A DNA stretch of 64,000 nt from Phoronis australis (GCA_002633005.1 NMRA01000316.1:243581-307580); one strand, 5' to 3'. Shown: positions 25,992-38,278, counted from the first letter of the stretch. Numbers and translations are program-made. Notes: generated by a model not told the origin, from the sequence alone.

Positions 25992-27454
25992 CAAGGAGTG
26001 TAGAAGTATAGGAGAGTAAACTTGCGAGTTCGCTGTTACCGCTACTACTAGCGCCGCCAAGTGGTGGATAAGCAAAGATCAACCAGGAAGTGCCAAAAGA
26101 ACGGGGAAAGGCGCATTTTGTAGTGCTATAAATTGCTCCAATTCTTCGAAGAAAAACCCTGAAATATCATTTTTTACGTTTCCCAACGACCTAGAAAGGT
26201 AAGGATTATTTGTTATTCAATAATGTGGCACACTGACTTTCATTTTGTATGTTCTGTTGGAAGACAAGTTGACTGCAGTCCCAGGGTCACAGTCGTCTGT
26301 GATGTAGGTTACTGCACACGCTACGCGGCAGATCTGCGTTCACGGTGTTATCGTTGACTTGTTTGGATATTTGCCGTCCAGGTATTCCAAATCAAAACTA
26401 CAAACTGTAAATAGCCCGAACGGTGGCACTGATAATTTGAAAAAAACATACCCTTGTCCTGGCATGGCCAGGGGTCAATATGACCAGTCAGACAAAACCA
26501 CAGTCACATGAACCAATGATGTGCGGCTCGGCCCTAAAATATCCTTGGATCGACGTTTGGATGTTATTTTTTCTTTGACACCGATAACTTTCGTTTCTAA
26601 AACACAGGTACATTACAACAGGTCTATTGTGATGTATTGTAGGGTACCATCTTCTATGAGACTGGTGAGTTCCGCGAGTATGAGGAATGCTCCTGAGTTG
26701 TAAATGTCTGACGAGCGGACCTCATGAGTAAACATACTTGTCAAAGAATTGCAAGAACAAAAAACATGCTGCTATGGGATGTTCCAAATTCTCAAAAACT
26801 AAAGATTTCATATAGGTCTCCCCCCACACTACACCCCCCCCCCCCNCCCTCGTCCAACATCAACTCCGAGTATGTAGTCTGGCTCCACCGGAAACATCTG
26901 GGGTTGAACCTCCGGACTCCTATGTACCCCTCCCTGGGAGGGGATCAATACCCATGAGGCGCCCACCTGGTTTTTACCTGGTTTGCAGTGTTTCCTTGGA
27001 CCCCTTTGCTGGCACCTGAGGGCAACTCCCCCTGAACCCCCAGGAGCAATCACTAAAATTAGGTAGTCCATGGAGGTATGAAATGTTATAAGGAATGATA
27101 ATTTGCCTTAGTAAGAACTCAAACATAAAACAAAGCCGTGATGGCTTTTGAAAGGAGCTTCAGAGAATAAAAACAAATACACTTTAATATTGATTAAAAC
27201 ACACATTTTCGTTTTCATTCGATTATAAATGGGTGTCAGGTTGCGTATTTCAATCCTTTTCAATCACACAGTAATTTCACTGCACGTCCAACGTTATAAA
27301 AAAATATGAATTTATAAGTGTTTACATTGTTCGGACTGCGCTGCTAAGTTAGTGTTGCTTATTCACCGCTTGGGGCGCTAGTGTTTCGACTGGTAACCTT
27401 TGCGGCGAATGGCAAAATGACGGAGTGAGCTCTCTCATAATTCTACACTCCTTG
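25992..27454 (+). mobile_element. Non-autonomous P-superfamily-like DNA transposon with THAP exon remnant, in BMI1 intron 7
   Basis: TIR CAAGGAGTGTAGAA...TTCTACACTCCTTG plus an inner inverted block (ACTAGCGCC...GATAAGCAA / TTGCTTATTC...GGCGCTAGT), about 100 bp in total; 7-bp flanks ATTAAAT / ATCAAAT. Confidence 0.8.
26101..26198 (+). pseudogene. THAP domain first exon (transposase N-terminus remnant)
   Basis: TGKGAFCSAINCSNSSKKNPEISFFTFPNDLE-R|GTAAG matches the THAP N-terminal pattern C-x4-C...FP-x-D-x2-R with a donor in the R codon; ACG sits where an ATG is expected. Confidence 0.75.
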
Positions 27455-27977
27455 ATCAAATTCTCTGGTAACGCCATTGCGCGGGACCATTAGTCACGAT
27501 TGGTCCGAGGGTACAGGTACACAAGTGCATTAGGTGACACAGCACTAAGTCAGATCCGTCCAAAAGCCGTCGCTCTATGTCGTTAGCTTCATGTGAACAT
27601 ATCCATCACATTCCACGAGGAAACTACAACAAAGCTTAAAAGGCACACAGCACTGGACGCCGGTCAAAAGAAGCCGGACGTTTGGACACAAATGAAGACA
27701 ATACATATATGCGACTTAGAGTCCAAATTGCTCTCCATGTACAGTTGTTTACGTACCATGTGCACCTACGTCTACGTTTTCTAAACAACATTTTTGGTCA
27801 AGAGCACATAGACGTAAGACATTAAATTCTTCAAACATAAGCGAATGGTAATAGATGAGCAGGTATTGGTATTGCCAAAACAACAACAGTAGTCTATACT
27901 CAAGAGAACCTGACAACTATATACGAGCTTGGCAGCAGAACTGTACACATGCAGCCAATATTGAAACTACAACGTCA

Positions 27978-28097
27978 AGCTGTAATTGTCGACAACACAT
28001 TGATAAAGGCGATACAAGCTGCAATTGTCAACAATAGGTTGATAAAGGCGATACATCAAGTTGCAATTGTCAACAATAAGTTGATGAAGGCAATACA
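27978..28097. repeat. 39-bp tandem repeat, 3 copies
   Basis: AAGCTGCAATTGTCAACAATAGGTTGATAAAGGCGATAC-like unit. Confidence 0.8.
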
Positions 28098-28579
28098 GGC
28101 GCAACAAAGCCTGGCATTCGACAAAAGGGCCTAGAAAAGAGCTAACTACTCTGAATAATGTTATTTGAACAAAACAGGAACATTTGCGGCGATTAGTGAT
28201 TGGTCTAAACGGACAAATCTGAACTAAACACACATACAGTCCACAGTTGAAATATGTATACTTTCATACACAATATGCTTGACCCGCGCGCCAATATTGT
28301 TGCTTTGGTCACAGACATTAATTTTGATCGGCTGCTCTGCAGTGTCCTTGAGTCAGAATCTGCCGGAATGTAACCGAAATTATTCAAAACGAGGCGTGAG
28401 TTAGACTCATGTTACTAGCATCATTGGTCCCATTTAAGCAATCATAATGCATCAACGAATTTTTTGTATGCACCAGGCACAGTCGTAAAATTATTTATCA
28501 AACATGGAAGCTGTCATTGTTGTTTAATCCATGTCAATTTGGTTAGAAAACTGTCACATGACGTAAGCGTGATACCAAC

Positions 28580-28660
28580 CCTTCTCCAACTATAGATGTA
28601 TGCAATGTCCATGAGGGTATAGGTGTCGGACAGAGCCTCGTCTGTGTGGAAGATAACGAT
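28580..28660 (-). CDS. BMI1: BMI1-like coding exon 7 (81 nt)
   Basis: [27 protein letters not shown]; CAG acceptor, GT donor. Confidence 0.95.
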
Positions 28661-29059
28661 CTGGAAAATAATGGTCAGCAATTAGACAGGGAGGTATATG
28701 TGACCACATCAATTCAGTGACCTTACAGTACCTTAGAAAGGCAGTCATTAGAAAATTTGCGGCAACAGGAAATCGGGAAAATTTATAAACGCCGAGAATC
28801 CCAAGTCAAAGTAGACAGTGTTGAGGAGGATTGCGCGAGCATACCGGAAGCACCAAGTTAGTGGCACTATTATACTGAGATTTCGTATTGATATCAAAGG
28901 CAACCCTTGTCTTGATGTTGCATTGGAAGTGATTCAAGTTTTGAAATAAGGCAGTTAGCATTAGGTTTCCCTGATTGTATTACATGTATGTTGGAGGTGA
29001 CATGTAATTTTAGTTACTCAGATGTCTGGGCCTCCGAAATGACGCAACTCTTTACGATA

Positions 29060-29520
29060 ATGTTACATGTAGCAACCTAGCACAATGCAAAAATTTGACC
29101 AACTTCGGAACACAGTGTCAGAGATGGAGGATCAGATTCTTCATAAACTTAAAATGGTTTTCAAAATGTATCATTTAGCATTAGGGGCTATAAAAATAAG
29201 CGTTTAGGAGTTTCACGAAAAAGATCTCGGAAGTTGCATAAAATGAAAATAAAATAATTTTAAAAACTACAACAGATTTTTTTAAGATTTCATCTTGACA
29301 TTTATATAAAACTGGTCCTGATGCTGATACCGTTGTCTTGCTATCCATGAACATTTACTTGCCAAATATTGCTAAAAAGACATGGTCACGTGACCCAATT
29401 AATGGCCGATTAATAAAAAGCACAGAATATAATTCTACAGTCTTTCTTCTTTCAGAAAACAAGCATTTAGGGAGTTAAAATCTGCGGTTTTGTTTATATT
29501 TGGCTAAGTGCTTGAGGATA
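29060..29520. repeat. Dispersed repeat (diverged DNA-transposon-like), second copy at about 58660-59100
   Basis: Colinear shared blocks, e.g. ACTTC(G/A)GAACA and TCACGTGACCCAATTAATGG. Confidence 0.55.
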
Positions 29521-29561
29521 ATGTCCTACACAACCTGAAGCCCGGATGTCAAAGTGTCTAC

Positions 29562-29660
29562 CTGGTACTTGGGTTCCAACTCAAACTTCATTCTTAAGAA
29601 CTTCTTAAGATTGGCCACGGTAAATGCTGCCGGACACAGAAGATAGCGCTTGTCAGGAGT
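29562..29660 (-). CDS. BMI1: BMI1-like coding exon 6 (99 nt)
   Basis: TPDKRYLLCPAAFTVANLKKFLRMKFELEPKYQ (RAWUL). Confidence 0.95.
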
Positions 29661-29929
29661 CTGCAAATAGTGGCAACGCGATACTGTGTTAAACAAAGTG
29701 AGGGAGTCATTGTGTCAAAAGGTGTCGCTCAGTGTAAGCTGAGAGGACTGCGCTTAATGTCTTATGGTTTGCGGTTTACCAAACGGCATAACCGCACTGA
29801 AGCACAGTGATCAAGTAGACGCAAACAAGCAACGAACGAAGGGGTTACATCTAAATGTTCATAAAGAGATTCACATGGACTGCTTTAATTACTGAAAAAG
29901 TAGCCCTCATAGAACAAACGAGTACGAAA

Positions 29930-30163
29930 AAGTGGCAGATCTATGTTTTCATTAAGGGGGGGTTTAGGATTCGAGCGAATCCGAAGCGCGTAGCGCCGAG
30001 CGGAAGGAAGGTCGGCAGGGGGTTTCCCTCCTCCCGTGTAAGAATTTTTGTAGTTTTTAGTAGCGGATTTAGTTTTTTCTGGCGAATTTTTTTTTTTCAA
30101 TTTTTATTTTTGATCCTGTCCCGAGCGGGGTTAAACCCCTGCCCCCCTGTAGATCCGCCTCTG
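29930..30163. mobile_element. Diverged member of the CAGTGGCGGATCTAG MITE family
   Basis: AAGTGGCAGATCTA...TAGATCCGCCTCTG; interior resembles the reverse complement of 7760-7886. Confidence 0.6.
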
Positions 30164-30416
30164 CCGGTAATTTCCAGTGGGCGGGATAAGTACCAGGAAT
30201 TGTTTCACAAAACAAGGTACGTTATTTGGCAAACCAGGACCAATGGGAGTAGGATTTGAACAGTTGAAGGACAACCATCTTCCAGTAACATAATTCACAC
30301 TGTGTTAAGGACAGCACTACCTAAACCACGGTGATGTCTGAAGCAACGATAATTGGGGCTTCAAAAATTAACCTCTCCGAGAGCAGGTTAAAATCCTAGC
30401 AAACTTTCAACAGCAG

Positions 30417-30661
30417 GGACTGTTTTTATCAAGGTCATACGCCTGTTCGTGGCTATGGCGGTCGTAGACACCAAATAGCGGAGACAAGCTGTATTTTCTA
30501 CAAGATCAAAACATTGTAACTGACCTAAACGTGACCGTAGTTTATATTCACATCTAACGTTCAATTTCACGAACCACTTTCAAGAACGGATCGTCAACAA
30601 AATTTAAGATACGATCGTCTTCGCTAAGCCAGACGTTGCACTTTTGATAAACGACGGGGTC
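30417..30661. mobile_element. Harbinger-like MITE
   Basis: CAG|GGACTGTTTTTATCAAGG...CTTTTGATAAACGACGGGGTC|CAG. Confidence 0.5.
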
Positions 30662-31238
30662 CAGCTTTTCTCCCATAATTTTCTAGAAAATAAATGGGGT
30701 CTCATCCTGTCTCATAGATGGCAAAATGTTTTACATCCATGACAAAAGGAGTGAAAATCACAGCAAAGTTATACAGTCGTAGTTATCTCGAAATTTCAAC
30801 GATGCTGGCCGGTCGTTGCCAGAGGGTGTAACGGATGCGAACGCATCCTCTACAGCTGAGGGTCAGCCCAGCGGCAGCTGAGGTTCGCTTCACCTTAAGC
30901 ATTTCTCTCTTATTGTTTGCAGTGCCCAGTTATGATGCAAATCGCGGGGCGTAACGGTGTGGAACGTGCATGGCGAAACGAATGGCGAATTAGTGTGGAA
31001 GAAATCGGGTTGACGATTGAGGGACGGAGATGAAATTCTTGACGACCAGGGGTAGTGACCAAAAGACCAAAGGACAAGGTATTACTTATCACAAATTCCC
31101 TATCTCTTTTCAAAAGCATGCGTACAGCGAGTCGTTGTACGCTATCAGCCCAAGTGATCTCAGATAATTTGTCTACCGTTTTCCGTGGTTGTAAATTAAA
31201 TAAATTAAAGCCAAGAATTCAGAAATCTAATACTTTAC

Positions 31239-31314
31239 CTCGTCTTCATTTTTCACTTTGCTGTCATCACCCGTTGACGAGGCCAATCGTTTCCCTTTGT
31301 CCTTTGGTTGACCA
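31239..31314 (-). CDS. BMI1: BMI1-like coding exon 5 (76 nt)
   Basis: (F)GQPKDKGKRLASSTGDDSKVKNEDE; TTTACAG acceptor and GAG|GTAAAG donor; the phase 2-to-0 exon needed to join exons 4 and 6. Confidence 0.85.
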
Positions 31315-31880
31315 CTGTAAAGAACAAAGGGGTTAAGTTTCATCAACCAATTAGCTAAAACTACTCATGTCTTCTCATTCAATACGCTCTCTACCTAAGC
31401 CTCTTTGCCTCTTTCCGCCTCCCCTCCCCCTCCCTATCGATTTCTCTTCATACCACATTTGATTTTGAACTAGAAAGGTACCTAATTTTCCAAAGTAGAC
31501 CTGATTGAGTTACTAGCTAGTTGTTCAAGTTTCGTGGACGCACAAACACACGATGAAATAAACCAGTAAACATGTTACAGATTTTCTACAACATGCTGCC
31601 TGTTTCAAGTCAGCATCCGCATCTACCGTCATAGGTTCGATAATTTCCAAAACGTTAAAAATGGTGTTTTGGCCACACATCTTGCAGAAGCGACCTCTTG
31701 TGACAAGGTTAGTCGCCAAAACGCCTCATGGCTCCATTAATATTAGGTAATATTTTTGGTATTTAAATATGATTGCATATATTCGTTGTGGATAAGGATG
31801 GCTATACGCACGCAGTATGCAGTCAACTTAGAAAGAAGGGACTACATGTCTGGACAGAACTGTTAGCGGCCAACACTTAC

Positions 31881-32034
31881 AAATAACTGTACTCAATAGA
31901 CAGGCTAATCTTGTCATCGTCTGCGTAGATCACTCTCCTGTCGACACTCGCCTCGCCTCGGTCCTCGCAGTTCACCAAGTGCTTGTCGTCATCCGGGTGA
32001 CTCTCGTAGAATTCGCGTCGTTTGTGCATCTCGT
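31881..32034 (-). CDS. BMI1: BMI1-like coding exon 4 (154 nt)
   Basis: DEMHKRREFYESHPDDDKHLVNCEDRGEASVDRRVIYADDDKISLSIEYSY; donor GTAAGT. Confidence 0.95.
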
Positions 32035-32771
32035 CTAGGGGCAAATTTACACGTTTGAGTAGACAGTTTGAAAGAGATGGAAAATTCGTTTAGAGGTGAT
32101 ATTAAATGTAGAATTCATTTCAAGAGATAAATGAGCAACCAATGAAACTAAAGTTATTTTGTTCATAAAATCTGCCCAAAACATTTTGTTTTAAGAAATG
32201 CAAATTTACTTAAAATTTACAATGTACAGCAGGCCAAACGAGAGATCTTGTTCACGACATTATGCATCCGCTTGTAACATACATGTATCACAGTGTGCGA
32301 CATGCGCAATAACCTAAACACCGAATCAAACCATGAACAGCTTAAATGCGCATTCAAAGTTTATTTTTGACATAATGTTGTTCCAGGATGTTTTCAAAGC
32401 GTAATGCCTTTCACAAATATTGTCAAATTGAACGCCTACAGTGTATAAGCGACTAAACAAGACATACAAAAGGACTATTTTAAGAACAATCTTGTCTAAG
32501 CACGAAGTCTCCTATGTCACAAAGAATGTTTGTATAAAGGAAGACGGTTAGTTGAGGTTGAATCAATGGGATACATAAGTTAAAAACAACATAAGAACAG
32601 GAACTGAAATAGAATTCAACCAAAACACTGAATTACAATCGACGTTGAAACCGTGGTGAATAATAAATATTTCGCGAACTACGACCCTGAACCAGGAGCA
32701 TCTTTGTAAATACATGTGCGATAAGCGGCAGGTCTCGATAAGTTGCCATACAAAACGGTGTTTCAGCATAC

Positions 32772-32827
32772 CTTTGAACAAACCGGGTACCAGCTTGTAA
32801 ACGAGATCTTGAAGCGTGTGATCCAGT
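32772..32827 (-). CDS. BMI1: BMI1-like coding exon 3 (56 nt)
   Basis: (R)LDHTLQDLVYKLVPGLFK. Confidence 0.95.
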
Positions 32828-33017
32828 CTAGAACGAAAAATCGTAGATTTAACATGCTGTAATTTCTATTCATCCACTAATTCCCTTGATTTTCTCAAAC
32901 TATACTTCACAATTAACAATCGCGTTCGTGCATAAACAAATTAGTCTGGCAATCATCTTGAACTGAAGTCACCGTTGGTGTCGCAGCTCCAGTAAGAGTT
33001 GCACCTCTGGTTAACAC

Positions 33018-33075
33018 GGGCAGGCTGCAGGGCTCGACCTGATAGCACTATAAGGTCGAGCCGTGTAGCCTGCCC
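33018..33075. repeat. 58-nt GC-rich palindrome in BMI1 intron 2
   Basis: 28-bp arms with 25/28 complementarity and a 2-nt spacer. Confidence 0.85.
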
Positions 33076-34563
33076 AGTTTTTGAAAAGATATACACAAGA
33101 CATCATTTCCTTTATATCAGTCACACACCGCACACTTACCCGCGATAGACACCTGGCATGCATTAAGGTTTTAGCGGTAACTTACCGCTGGCGCTTTGGG
33201 CCTTGGCTACGAAGTCGCGAGCCATAGCCACGGCGAGTTAACCTGGGCCGCAGGTGTACTCAGGCTGCGACAGACCGGTTATGGATTTCCGCGACAAAGA
33301 TGTCAGCTCGCTGACTAGGAGTCGCTAAGTTTCCACAAAAATTAAGTTTTGCTAGTAGGCTGATATGTAATCCCCAGTTTACATTAAATGAAATATCAAG
33401 TTAACGAAGTAAACGTTACATCATGTCAAGCAATGTCGCTGACATACATGTACAACTGAATTATACCTCTTTAAATAGAGCCACTTTCCTCCGATCAACA
33501 CGTCACAAAATAGCCCCTTTATGGCAATAGAAACAGCCATCAAACGTACGTTGTACCTACGTCATTCAACTCCATTTGCCCAGCTAGTTGTAGTAATACC
33601 TAATGATACACTTTCAAATCCGGTTTCGCAGCTCGTTTGGAATATAAACGTCAAATTTATGGCTCAGCACCTCCCCCACAGCTACGCACGGCTAAGACAA
33701 CACACGTCAGCATGCAGTTTTAGGGGCTCAAAAGGGCAATTCTCTTATTCGAAAATTCTCGTTGTCCCAGCCTCCCCCCCCCCTCGACGATATCCTAGAT
33801 CCCCTAGTGCAGATGAAGTAAAATACATATGCCAATATTATAACTACTAGCGCAAAAACGGGGCAAATCCCGTTGTAACGTCGTCAAAAACTAGGCGTTA
33901 TTACTTCAACATCAGTATTGTTGTGGTGTTGTGTATATGCCCTTTCACCACATACTATATGCATGATGTAGGACGGACTCGTGTTTTGACTGCTGTTATC
34001 TTTAAGGTCACAATCCCTAACGTACTTTCGCCGTGAGATGAGTGGAAGTAAGCTTTAGAGAGGATTTGAAATGAAGCGGAAAAATGGACAAACACGATAG
34101 GCTGAGGTATAGAAATAATGATCTGTAATAGTTTCCTCTAGCAGTGATAACGTTCAGATAAACTAAGGAGGCCACCCGCTACAGATGAAGTGCGTGCATG
34201 CGTGCGTTCTTGACTACGTTCCACAGGCGCATGCATTTCGCGAGTAACGCTACTGCGATCTCGCGCGCACTGATTATGCATGGCGAAGACTCGAGGAGTT
34301 TTGCGTCATCTTGTGTTTTCACTGGATTCTTGCACCTACGGTACTCAGCCCTGAGAACACTTTCGCCTACGTGCTTTTTTATGTTCTCCGTCCGACTGGA
34401 CTGAGCACGACCAAGTCCCATCCCAACTGCAAAATCTTTGCTACAAAAGACTTAAGGGGGCGGGAAGACAAATTATGAACCTGCTCAGCAATAATGTTGC
34501 TAACATTCGTACCCTCTCGTTTCCTTTATTTCACACTGCAGCGCACAACACACATTTCCGTAC

Positions 34564-34660
34564 CTGACATTGAGCAGCGGCTTGGTCTTATGGACAAGAA
34601 CTTCACATATTGGGCAATATTTGCAGGTCTTCAAATACTTGACGATGCACGTCTTGCAAA
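34564..34660 (-). CDS. BMI1: BMI1-like coding exon 2 (97 nt)
   Basis: [33 protein letters not shown] (second half of the RING). Confidence 0.96.
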
Positions 34661-35963
34661 CTGAAAAAAGAGTGCACGTATACAGTACCCGTTTCAGAAG
34701 GAAGTGTACACGTCAGTATTTCATAGGCTACGCTTGATTCACTTCGTCCACCGAATCATCCGGCTGAGACATAAGATTGTTTTGTAAGCCAGAAGACGTG
34801 AACGAGGACCAACAAGTAGACCCAGCCGGTAGACACGGCGAACCCGGCATAGTCAATCGAGCGCACACATTATTTCTCATCAACAGGTTTGTGATAAATC
34901 CCTTCACGACAAGAGGTGAATTTAATTGGAATATTCTGCAGGTGAGTGACTCCATAAGTCAATTTACAATACATAAACTTAGAAGATACGTTTGGTATTA
35001 CGCTTTAGGTGCAGCATTCTGCTAGAGTCCAAAGCAAAACCGTCCATCTACGTAAGGCACAAGGGAAACACGTACAGTATACACCCCACATGCGCGATGA
35101 ACATGCGATACGCGAACGCGTCAAAATTTGCCTCACTAGATGACAAAACTTTTCCATCGAAATTCGTCATCAATTCACACATACAAGAATTCGCCATAAT
35201 ATGCAATTAAAATGATTCGTCAATACAACCGACTGACGCCAGATCTATTGAAAAACATGTAGGTTATTTGCTGAAGCAATTTTCTAAAACCATTACAGCA
35301 AACTAATAATTAAACTTAAACCTATTTCAGCAAACAGATTATCGATTAGCTAGACAAAATTTTTATCCCACGCGCGTTGAATCTGTCGAGGGAAATACAG
35401 CCATGAAATAAAGTTTTCCGTATTCAGCTCCCGCACTATTTTAACAGCGACCTCTGACATGGAAAGTTCAAAAGGTAGGACAATGTAGACTCGACGTCTT
35501 CTTAGCCGGTTCGATCATCAAACTTTCCGAATATAGTTTAAAGTAACACAGTTGCAACAGTGTAACTAACACTCGACATGCAACCAGTCCCTAAACCTAA
35601 AATCTGGAACAAAACTGTTAATTATAAGACACTTGTGTCTCAGTTTTCAATTGCTGAATAGTATCTCGTCTGCAACTCAGGCGCCGATTCGTAGGAAATT
35701 GAAATATCAAATATTGTTGTTTTTTAACTATTTCCAGGAGATGTTACGAGTTCACTGCTCAGTTGCCGTTGTTTTCATCTTTGCTACCTCGTTTCAAGAA
35801 ATAAATCGTTACTTCTAAAACTGTTTCTTTTACAAGAGAAAACTTGAAACCTAACGCGCACGTACATACATATAGGATGTGATCCGCCTTGTGAACAGTC
35901 TGGATGAAGTATTTGAAAAATCTGCCGAAAAAATGCCAGAAACTTAGGGATTCGAAGCGCATG

Positions 35964-36132
35964 GGATAAATACAAAACGTACCTCAATTGGCGTACATGA
36001 AGTAATATCCCATTCCCACTCGACCTTATTCCGCGTATCGAGCTCGACCTTCGGTCTCGGTCGATACGCGGAATAATGTCTCGTGAGATATTACTTCATG
36101 TACGCCGCTCTCGGTACGTTTTGTGTATATCC
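35964..36132. mobile_element. Palindromic (foldback) MITE-like element in BMI1 intron 1
   Basis: Nested inverted blocks around a CCTTCGG centre: ACAAAACGTACC/GGTACGTTTTGT, GGCGTACATGAAGTAATATC/GATATTACTTCATGTACGCC, TTATTCCGCGTATCGA/TCGATACGCGGAATAA. Confidence 0.8.
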
Positions 36133-36428
36133 TTGCACTAGCTCGCGAGCAATGGGCGTCCGCTCTTGGATGCAAAGTAAGATCTCAACGGGCCAGCCGA
36201 TGTGTCAAATCCAGGGTAAATAATTAACAATTTCCTGAAAAGGGCCAAGAATTTGGAGCCAAGGAAGTTCTGTACAAACGGTCCACAGACAATAATCCGT
36301 CGGAAACTTGATTTTGTTTCAGCAACCAAGGCTGTAAAAGTTGAAGCTTGTTTTTCAAAGGTGGGCACAGGAGTTGCGCTTTCCAGAGTTTCCAAAACCA
36401 ATGCTACTTCACATGACTTCCTACTTAC

Positions 36429-36540
36429 AAGAATGCAGACACTCCTTGATGGTGGCGGCGTCGATGAAATACCCGCCACATAGTATACACATCAAATGCG
36501 GGTTCAGCTCCGTGATCTTCAGGCGGGTAGTCCCGTGCAT
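36429..36540 (-). CDS. BMI1: BMI1-like coding exon 1 (112 nt)
   Basis: [37 protein letters not shown], nearly identical to the BMI1 N-terminus; donor GTAAGT. Confidence 0.97.
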
Positions 36541-38278
36541 CCTAGAACAACATGGTACATCGTGAATACACCGACTGCAGTTGCAGCACCGAGGTATTTC
36601 CCGGTGTGCAAATATGGGTGCATCCATTTTTGTGACCAGGAAATCAAAAAGTACATAGAAATGAAAGCAGCGTTGGTATCTTTGGTAGACGAGGCTCTGT
36701 GTCAACGTTTGTACTGGCTTGATTAATTAGACAAGATCGGACACGTGTGTTTCTTCTGATTTGAATTTTTAGTTAAGTCAAATGCTGGCGTCTGTTTTGA
36801 CAAGCGCTCAACTGGACAACTAGACATAAGTATTCTTAAAGTCAAAATGTTATCACAAATACGTGCGTGGAACAATAGTCAAGAGGGAGAGGGGGGACGA
36901 ATCATGAAGTCCAGTTATCGAGGAAAAATTCTTAGTAAATGTACTGCGTCATATCGAAAGAAAGGCCTCTTCAAAACGACCGTGGGCAAAATAACATACT
37001 TTGACGAGATAACTTCAGGTTACATGTATATGTAGGACCTGTGTACAGCATGTAGCGAAATATCTATAAACTGTAGATTTTTAACTCACTATAAGTACAT
37101 CGTTCCTTAAAGTAAAAAGCTTACAGAATTAGATTTTTGACTTTCTTTACCAATTTGCCATTAATTGGGTTACGTAACCAAGTCTTAGGTTTTTATTAAA
37201 GTTTAACAAAACAGAAAGGCACATTGATAGCAAAGCAACAGTATCAATAATATGACAAATTCCGTTTGATTAAAATGTTCGAGATGAAATATGACAAGCG
37301 ATGTTGCAGTTTTCTAAATTGTCATTTCATTTTTGTATTATGCGGCTTTTATCTTTTTTGTGAAAATCGCAAAAGTCCTACTTTCGGTAGCCACTCATGC
37401 AAGAGTGGAACATTTTTAAAACAATCAGCCAATTCTGAGACATGACGTTCCGAAGACAAATTTGAATACTTTTTTAGGGTCCTACATAACCTTCTCCACC
37501 CGAAACAAGTTAAGTATAGGTTTAGTTGATGCATTAATAATTATCCAGACATAATTTTGCGATGGACGGGATTCTGTCATTTGAAAAATTCAAGCGAAAC
37601 GTGATAGCCTCTCGACCAAAGGTAGCAATATTTTGAGTATTAGACCATATTAACTAATAGTCGACAAACCGTCGGTCTCGAAGACAACTCATGTATTATT
37701 ATGAGCTCCTCTTTAACTAATGAAGTTTTCTAATAATATTACTAAAAACTGAGCCCTAAATTCGATGAAAATAAATAAGGACTTGGTCCTTAAGTTAGGG
37801 GCATTGCATGAAATGATCCCTATTTATTGTCGATAATATTGAGAATTCAGCGTCAAGTTCACTCTTGATTTGAACCAAAACCAAAAATTGACTTAGTAAT
37901 GAAACTAAAACAGTATAAGAAAGGGCAATCGGCGTTTTCACAAGTCCACAAACACGCAGTAGATTTAGGGAAAATAGTTGCGTCCCTATTTGCAACCAGA
38001 CACAGCACTAACGCCGAATTAGTGAAGTTTCTGCAAGCAGTGTGAACATATGCTTCGCTCCAACAAAATGAAATTATTATTAATTGTAGACAACGAGCAA
38101 ATAAGTAGACACACTTGGGTTAATGGCCGAGACATACCTTAAGTTTTATCTGGAGTTGGAATGCAAGCTGAGATTGTTATGACTAACCTACGTTGGAGAA
38201 TGCCATCCCGCGCCAACGCTGTACTCTGATACAATAACGTGGCGAAGTGAGAGACGGTGCAACTCTTCCAAATACATG

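Larger units (their letters stand above)
25124..36540 (-). other. BMI1: BMI1/PCGF4 (Psc-family) Polycomb RING finger gene, complete CDS: join of 36540-36429, 34660-34564, 32827-32772, 32034-31881, 31314-31239, 29660-29562, 28660-28580, 25654-25124 (1206 nt, 401 aa)
   Basis: All introns GT-AG with compatible phases; spliced product has the C3HC4 RING, RAWUL domain and a low-complexity tail. Likely co-ortholog of vertebrate BMI1/PCGF2. Confidence 0.93.
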
